DNA of 64,000 nt from NCBI GenBank assembly GCA_009844885.1, contig VYAQ01000316.1, positions 21,168 through 85,167 of the forward strand, given 5' to 3'. Both the position numbers and the translations under genes were made by a program. The DNA is from Gemmatimonadota bacterium (lineage in GTDB: Bacteria; Gemmatimonadota; Gemmatimonadetes; Longimicrobiales; Gaopeijiaceae). Every line of letters starts with the position of its first letter. Position 1 is the first letter of the stretch. Of this stretch, positions 59,878-64,000 are shown in pieces. The notes beneath the pieces were generated by a model. The model made no database searches and was not told the DNA's origin. It was given only the letters and a program-made list of their open reading frames with translations.

Positions 59878-60374
59878 TCGGAGCGCGGATCCGACGGATC
59901 CCACAGCTGGGTCACGGGATGGTCCTGCTCCATCAGGCGGTCCAGGTCGTAGACGAACCGGTCCCGGCCGTATTCCGCGTTTTCGAAGTGTTGCCCCACA
60001 TGGATCGCCTCGACCGGGCAGACTTCCTGACACATGCCGCAGAAGATGCAGCGGAATTCGTCGATCTCGTACACGATCGGGTAGCGGTTGCCCTGGTCGT
60101 CCTCGCCGCCCACCAGCCTGATGCAGTTGGCGGGACATACGGTCGGGCACAGTCCGCACGCCACGCACTTGGGACGACCATCGGCGTGCACCTCCATGCG
60201 GTGCGTGCCGCGCCAGCGGGGACTCAGCTCCGGCTGCTCCTCGGGGTATTCCAGCGTCACCTTGGTGGGCCGGACCATATGCCTGAAGGTCAGGCTCATG
60301 CCCTTGAGCGTCGCGCGCATGTACGACATTCGGCCCGCCTCCGGGCGTCTCATCACCTTGACCGATATCGCCAT
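59874..60374 (-). CDS. nuoI: NADH-quinone oxidoreductase subunit I (2x[4Fe-4S])
   Basis: Two ferredoxin motifs: CVACGLCPTVCP and CIFCGMCQEVCP. Confidence 0.93.
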
Positions 60375-60388
60375 TGTTACCGCTCCGT

Positions 60389-61687
60389 TCAGCTCGGGGG
60401 GGTCCGGCCCGCGGGGTCTGCTACGGCGCGTGGCGCTCGTGCCCGCGTGGTCCGCTTCCTGTGGGCACCGGAGATCACGCGGTCGCGGTCCACGAAGAAG
60501 AGGAATGCGAGGGTGGTGACCCCGCTCACCGCGGTCAGTACCAGGCCGTAGAGCATGCCGTAGGCCACGCCCAACTGGTCGAGAACGAGCATGGTGCCGG
60601 CGATCAGCATGATATACGCGAGAGCCGCCGGCAGAAGGACCTTCCAGCCGAGATGCATGACCTGGTCATAGCGGAACCTGGGGAGTGTCCACCGAATCCA
60701 GATGTAGAGGAGGAGGAAGAAGCCCGTCTTCACCGAGAACGCCGCCAGCGTGAGCAGCGTGATGAGCACGCTCGGGCTGGTGGGAATCGGCGCGCCCGAC
60801 TCGTCGAAGCCGCGAATCCACGCGCCCTCGTGGCGGAACATGTCGTCCCCGGGCCAGAACGGGATGTCCCACCCGCCGAAGAAGAGCGTGGCCATGAGGG
60901 CCGACGCGGTGACCACGTGCGCGTACTCGGCAATGAAGAACATGGAGAATTTCATCGCCGAATACTCGGTGTGATAGCCCGTGATCAGCTCCGACTCGGC
61001 CTCGGGCATGTCGAACGGGAGCCGGTTGGTCTCTGCGAGCGCCGAGATGAGGAAGAAGATGAACGCCAGCGACAGCGGGAAGACGAACCAGAGTCCCAGC
61101 TGCTGCTGCTTCCACACCATCTCCGTCAGCGTGACGTTGCCGGCGAGCAGCAGCACCGCGATGACGCTCAGGCCCAGCGCCACCTCGTACGAGATCATCT
61201 GCGCCGAGGCGCGCAGCCCGCCCAGGAACGCGTACTTGTTGTTCGAGGCCCATCCGGAGAGCACGATTCCGTAGACGGCGAGCGACGACAGCGCCAGAAT
61301 GTACAGGATGCCGATGGGGACATCCGCGACGATCATGTCCACCGTTCCCACCGGCGTGGGCAAGGGCGCGGCGAACGGGATCACGGCGAAGGTGACCACC
61401 GCCGGCATGATCGCGAGCGCCGGTCCCAGCACGAAGTAGAACTTCGCAGCCGTGCCCGGCATCGTTTCTTCCTTGATGATGTTCTTGATGCCGTCGGCGA
61501 TGGGCTGCAGCAGCCCGAAGGGGCCGACCCGGTTGGGTCCGAGCCGGTCCTGGATGAAGGCGGACACCCGGCGTTCCGCAAGGGTCATGTACGCGACCAC
61601 CGCCATGACGACGGTGAAGACGGCGACGACCTTCACCGCCCCGAAGGTCACGAACCAGAAGGTGGAGAGCTCCTGCATCTCACCCAT
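60389..61687 (-). CDS. nuoH: NADH-quinone oxidoreductase subunit H
   Basis: ATG 61687 lies 6 nt after GGAGG (alternative ATG 61678). YMTLAERRVSAFIQDRLGPNRVGPFGLLQPIADGIK. Overlaps the nuoG 3' end by 8 nt. Confidence 0.92.
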   Translation of the reverse strand: MGEMQELSTFWFVTFGAVKVVAVFTVVMAVVAYMTLAERRVSAFIQDRLGPNRVGPFGLLQPIADGIKNIIKEETMPGTAAKFYFVLGPALAIMPAVVTFAVIPFAAPLPTPVGTVDMIVADVPIGILYILALSSLAVYGIVLSGWASNNKYAFLGGLRASAQMISYEVALGLSVIAVLLLAGNVTLTEMVWKQQQLGLWFVFPLSLAFIFFLISALAETNRLPFDMPEAESELITGYHTEYSAMKFSMFFIAEYAHVVTASALMATLFFGGWDIPFWPGDDMFRHEGAWIRGFDESGAPIPTSPSVLITLLTLAAFSVKTGFFLLLYIWIRWTLPRFRYDQVMHLGWKVLLPAALAYIMLIAGTMLVLDQLGVAYGMLYGLVLTAVSGVTTLAFLFFVDRDRVISGAHRKRTTRARAPRAVADPAGRTPPS

Positions 61688-63290
61688 GGACCGCCTCCGC
61701 AATGAGGGCCGCGCCCCGGTCTCCGACCGCTTCCCAGGTCAGACCCTCGAAAGCTGGGTGGGCGTCCGCCAGGCGCGCGAATGCCTCCGGCGCGCTCCCC
61801 GGAGTCTCCTCGCCGCGCAGTGCCGCCACGAGCGCGCCCAGCACCAGCCAGGCGGGACGCGCCGACTCCGGTGGACGCAGGCCCTGCTGGAAACGCTGGA
61901 CGCGTCCCTGCGCATTCACGAACGACCCCTCCTCTTCTGCAAAGGTCGTGATCGGAAGGACGAAGTCGGCGTTGGCCGCCGCCGCCGTGTCGAAGGTGCC
62001 GAGATAAACGAACAGGCTCGCGTTCGCTCCGAATTCCTCGCCCTGGTCCACAAGTTCATCGCCAAGCACGATGACGACCCCGCCGTGTTCCGCCGCATGT
62101 TCCAGTCCACCCTGGCCGTCGTCGTTGCCGGCGCGCTCGAAGCCGAGCAGTTCGGCACCGTCGCTGTTGGGAACCAGATCGCGGCGACGCACCAGCAGCG
62201 GGAACCCCGGCAGGGGGACTTCGTCGGCGGCCCGGGGCGAACGGAAGACGCGCCCGGCTTCCCCGCCAGACATCTCTTCCCCCAGCGCAACCAGGCCGGC
62301 CAGCGCCTCGTTCGAGCATGTCGCCGATCCCACCAGCGCGACATCGCCCTCGGCGGCCGAGAGGCTCGCGAAGAGCAGCTCCAGCGCTTCCCTCCAGTCC
62401 GCCGCCCGCCTGTCCGATCCGCGGCCGACCGCCGGCGCCTCCAGGCGGCCGGGCCGGTTCATCCATTCGTAGTTTGCGCGCCCGTAGTCGCACATCCAGT
62501 GGCCGTTGACCTCCTGGTTCTCGCGGGGTTTCAGACGCTGAACCAGGTTGTCGCGCGTGTGAAGCTCGATATTGCAGCCGTGACTGCAGTTCGGGCAGAT
62601 GGAGGGCGTATGGTCGAGATCCCAGGCCCGGGCCTTGTGCAGGAAGTCCTTGGAGACCAGCGCGCCGACCGGACAAATGTCCACGACATTGCCAGCGAAG
62701 GACGCACCCTCGAGCCCGCGGTCGAAGAAGGTGTCGATCACCGCGCGGCTGCCCCGCTCCACCACCGTCAGCCGGGAGTCGCGGGCGACCTCGTCCATGA
62801 AGCGCACGCATCGGGTGCACATCACGCAACGGTCGCCGTAGTAGAGCACGTCGCCGCCGAAATCGTCGCGCCCGAAGACGCGCTTGGGCTCGCGCCCGCG
62901 CCCCTTCTCCCGCCCCTCGTCAAAGACGTAGTCCTGCAGCATGCACTCGCCGGACATGTCGCAGATCGGACAGTCCAGCGGGTGGTTCACCAGGTAGAAT
63001 TCGAGCACGCCCTGACGCATCCGCTTGGCGGCGGGGCTGTCGGTGTGCACGACCTGTCCTTCGGCGGCCATGGTCACGCACGAGGGCTGCAGCTTCGGCG
63101 CCCCCTCCACCTCGACCAAGCAGATTCTGCACTGCGCGGGCGCCGACAGGCCGGGGTGGTAGCAGTAGTGAGGCACCTCGGTGCCGATCGACTCGGCGGC
63201 GTGCAGCAGCGATGTGCCCCTGGGGACGGTGACCTCCTGCCCGTCCATGGTCAGGGTGACCGTCTCGGCTTTGCGACCGTTATCCGCCAT
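61680..63290 (-). CDS. nuoG: NADH-quinone oxidoreductase subunit G (short 536-aa form)
   Basis: VTLTMDGQEVTVPRGTSLLHAAESIGTEVPHYCYHPGLSAPAQCRICLVEV...HPLDCPICDMSGEC...CVMCTRCVRF, the N-terminal Fe-S cluster motifs of Nqo3/NuoG. Confidence 0.9.
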   Translation of the reverse strand: MADNGRKAETVTLTMDGQEVTVPRGTSLLHAAESIGTEVPHYCYHPGLSAPAQCRICLVEVEGAPKLQPSCVTMAAEGQVVHTDSPAAKRMRQGVLEFYLVNHPLDCPICDMSGECMLQDYVFDEGREKGRGREPKRVFGRDDFGGDVLYYGDRCVMCTRCVRFMDEVARDSRLTVVERGSRAVIDTFFDRGLEGASFAGNVVDICPVGALVSKDFLHKARAWDLDHTPSICPNCSHGCNIELHTRDNLVQRLKPRENQEVNGHWMCDYGRANYEWMNRPGRLEAPAVGRGSDRRAADWREALELLFASLSAAEGDVALVGSATCSNEALAGLVALGEEMSGGEAGRVFRSPRAADEVPLPGFPLLVRRRDLVPNSDGAELLGFERAGNDDGQGGLEHAAEHGGVVIVLGDELVDQGEEFGANASLFVYLGTFDTAAAANADFVLPITTFAEEEGSFVNAQGRVQRFQQGLRPPESARPAWLVLGALVAALRGEETPGSAPEAFARLADAHPAFEGLTWEAVGDRGAALIAEAVHG

Positions 63291-63308
63291 GGGGCTCCCC
63301 CGGGTGCA

Positions 63309-64000
63309 TCAGGCTGCTCCAACCCGCTCGCCGCGGCGGATGAGGGCCAGGTAGTCTTCGCGGAACTTCTCGATTGACGAGATGATGGGCATCGCCAGGG
63401 AGTCCGACAGGACGCAGATTGTGGTTCCGGTCATCTGCTCGGATATCTCCACCAGCGTATCAAGATCATCCTCGGTGCCACGGCCGTCCTCGATGCGCTG
63501 GAGGATTCTGGTGGCCCAGGTCGTGCCCTCGCGGCAGGGCGTGCACTGCCCGCAGGACTCATGTGCGTAGAAGTGGGCCATCCGCCGCACCTGCTTCACG
63601 ATGTCGGAGGTCTCGTCCATGACGATGACCGAGGCACATCCGAGCATCGAGCCGGCGGCTTCGACGCCTTCGTAGCACAGGGTGCACGCGCGGCAATCCC
63701 CGGCATCCATGATCGGCACGGAACTCCCGCCCGGGATAACCGCCTTGAGGGCGTGACCGCCGGGTATTCCCCCGCACACGTCCTCGATCAGCTCCATCAG
63801 CGGGAACCCCAGCGGGAACTCGTAGTTGCCGGGCTTGTTCACATGGCCGGAGACGCAGAACAGCTTGGTGCCCGGACTCTTCTCGGTGCCCCACTGGCGA
63901 TACCACTCTCCGCCGTGCCGGGCGATGTGGGCTGCGGCCGCGAGTGTCTCTACGTTGTTGATCGTCGACGGCATCCCGAATGCGCCGACCGCCGCCGGGA
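63309..64000 (-). CDS. nuoF: NADH-quinone oxidoreductase subunit F, C-terminal part; gene continues beyond right edge
   Basis: INNVETLAAAAHIARHGGEWYRQWGTEKSPGTKLFCVSGHV...ESCGQCTPCREG (N3 4Fe-4S motif). The reading frame stays open to the window end. Confidence 0.9.
   Translation of the reverse strand, partial: PAAVGAFGMPSTINNVETLAAAAHIARHGGEWYRQWGTEKSPGTKLFCVSGHVNKPGNYEFPLGFPLMELIEDVCGGIPGGHALKAVIPGGSSVPIMDAGDCRACTLCYEGVEAAGSMLGCASVIVMDETSDIVKQVRRMAHFYAHESCGQCTPCREGTTWATRILQRIEDGRGTEDDLDTLVEISEQMTGTTICVLSDSLAMPIISSIEKFREDYLALIRRGERVGAA

Overview
High-GC (by eye roughly 65-70% G+C) bacterial chromosomal segment. It is densely coded with about 60 genes and very little intergenic space, and most of it is core housekeeping. 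I saw no rRNA, tRNA, CRISPR array, transposase or integrase.

Layout from left to right:
1. 1-8334, minus strand: translation/RNA block rimP-nusA-infB-DUF503-rbfA-truB-ribF, then rpsO-pnp. The pnp gene runs off the left edge.
2. 8.4-15.9 kb: murA, a DUF948-like membrane protein, a UvrD/PcrA helicase whose start overlaps (GTGA) the stop of an orphan histidine kinase, serS, and a small lipoprotein.
3. 16.0-19.2 kb, plus strand: manC, a hexapeptide-repeat nucleotidyltransferase-like gene, and an MBL-fold hydrolase.
4. 19.2-33.1 kb, minus strand: comM, a class-V aminotransferase/cysteine desulfurase, thpR, a sigma-54 enhancer-binding response regulator, a short FCB-type sigma-70 factor, then rplM-rpsI-rpsB-tsf-pyrH-frr-uppS-cdsA-dxr-rseP.
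5. 33.3-36.2 kb, plus strand: pntAA-pntAB-pntB.
6. 36.2-42.4 kb, minus strand: a giant 1356-aa NtrY-like multi-membrane-block sensor kinase, a hypothetical protein, and an aromatic-amino-acid-type decarboxylase.
7. 42.4-49.4 kb, plus strand: a secreted hypothetical, then TolC, a MacA-like adaptor and two MacB-type permeases with no ATPase gene, ending in bshB1.
8. 52116-49545, minus strand: the most unusual locus. A five-gene operon encodes a six-bladed beta-propeller lipoprotein, a CxxC thioredoxin-fold lipoprotein, and three tandem paralogous ~80-aa secreted mini-proteins that each end in a C-C-CC four-cysteine motif. No known RiPP or bacteriocin maturase is present.
9. 52.3-64.0 kb, minus strand: phosphomannomutase and nuoF(partial)-G-H-I-J-K-L-M-N.

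Many long ORFs in the six-frame track are antisense artefacts of high GC, or N-terminally over-extended versions of real genes. The starts given here were re-picked from sequence using conserved N-termini, SD motifs and stop/start overlaps. The gene content and the short Bacteroidota-like primary sigma factor are consistent with a high-GC member of the FCB group such as Gemmatimonadota. That placement is an inference only. Nothing here was checked by BLAST or HMM search, and all family calls rest on recognisable motifs.
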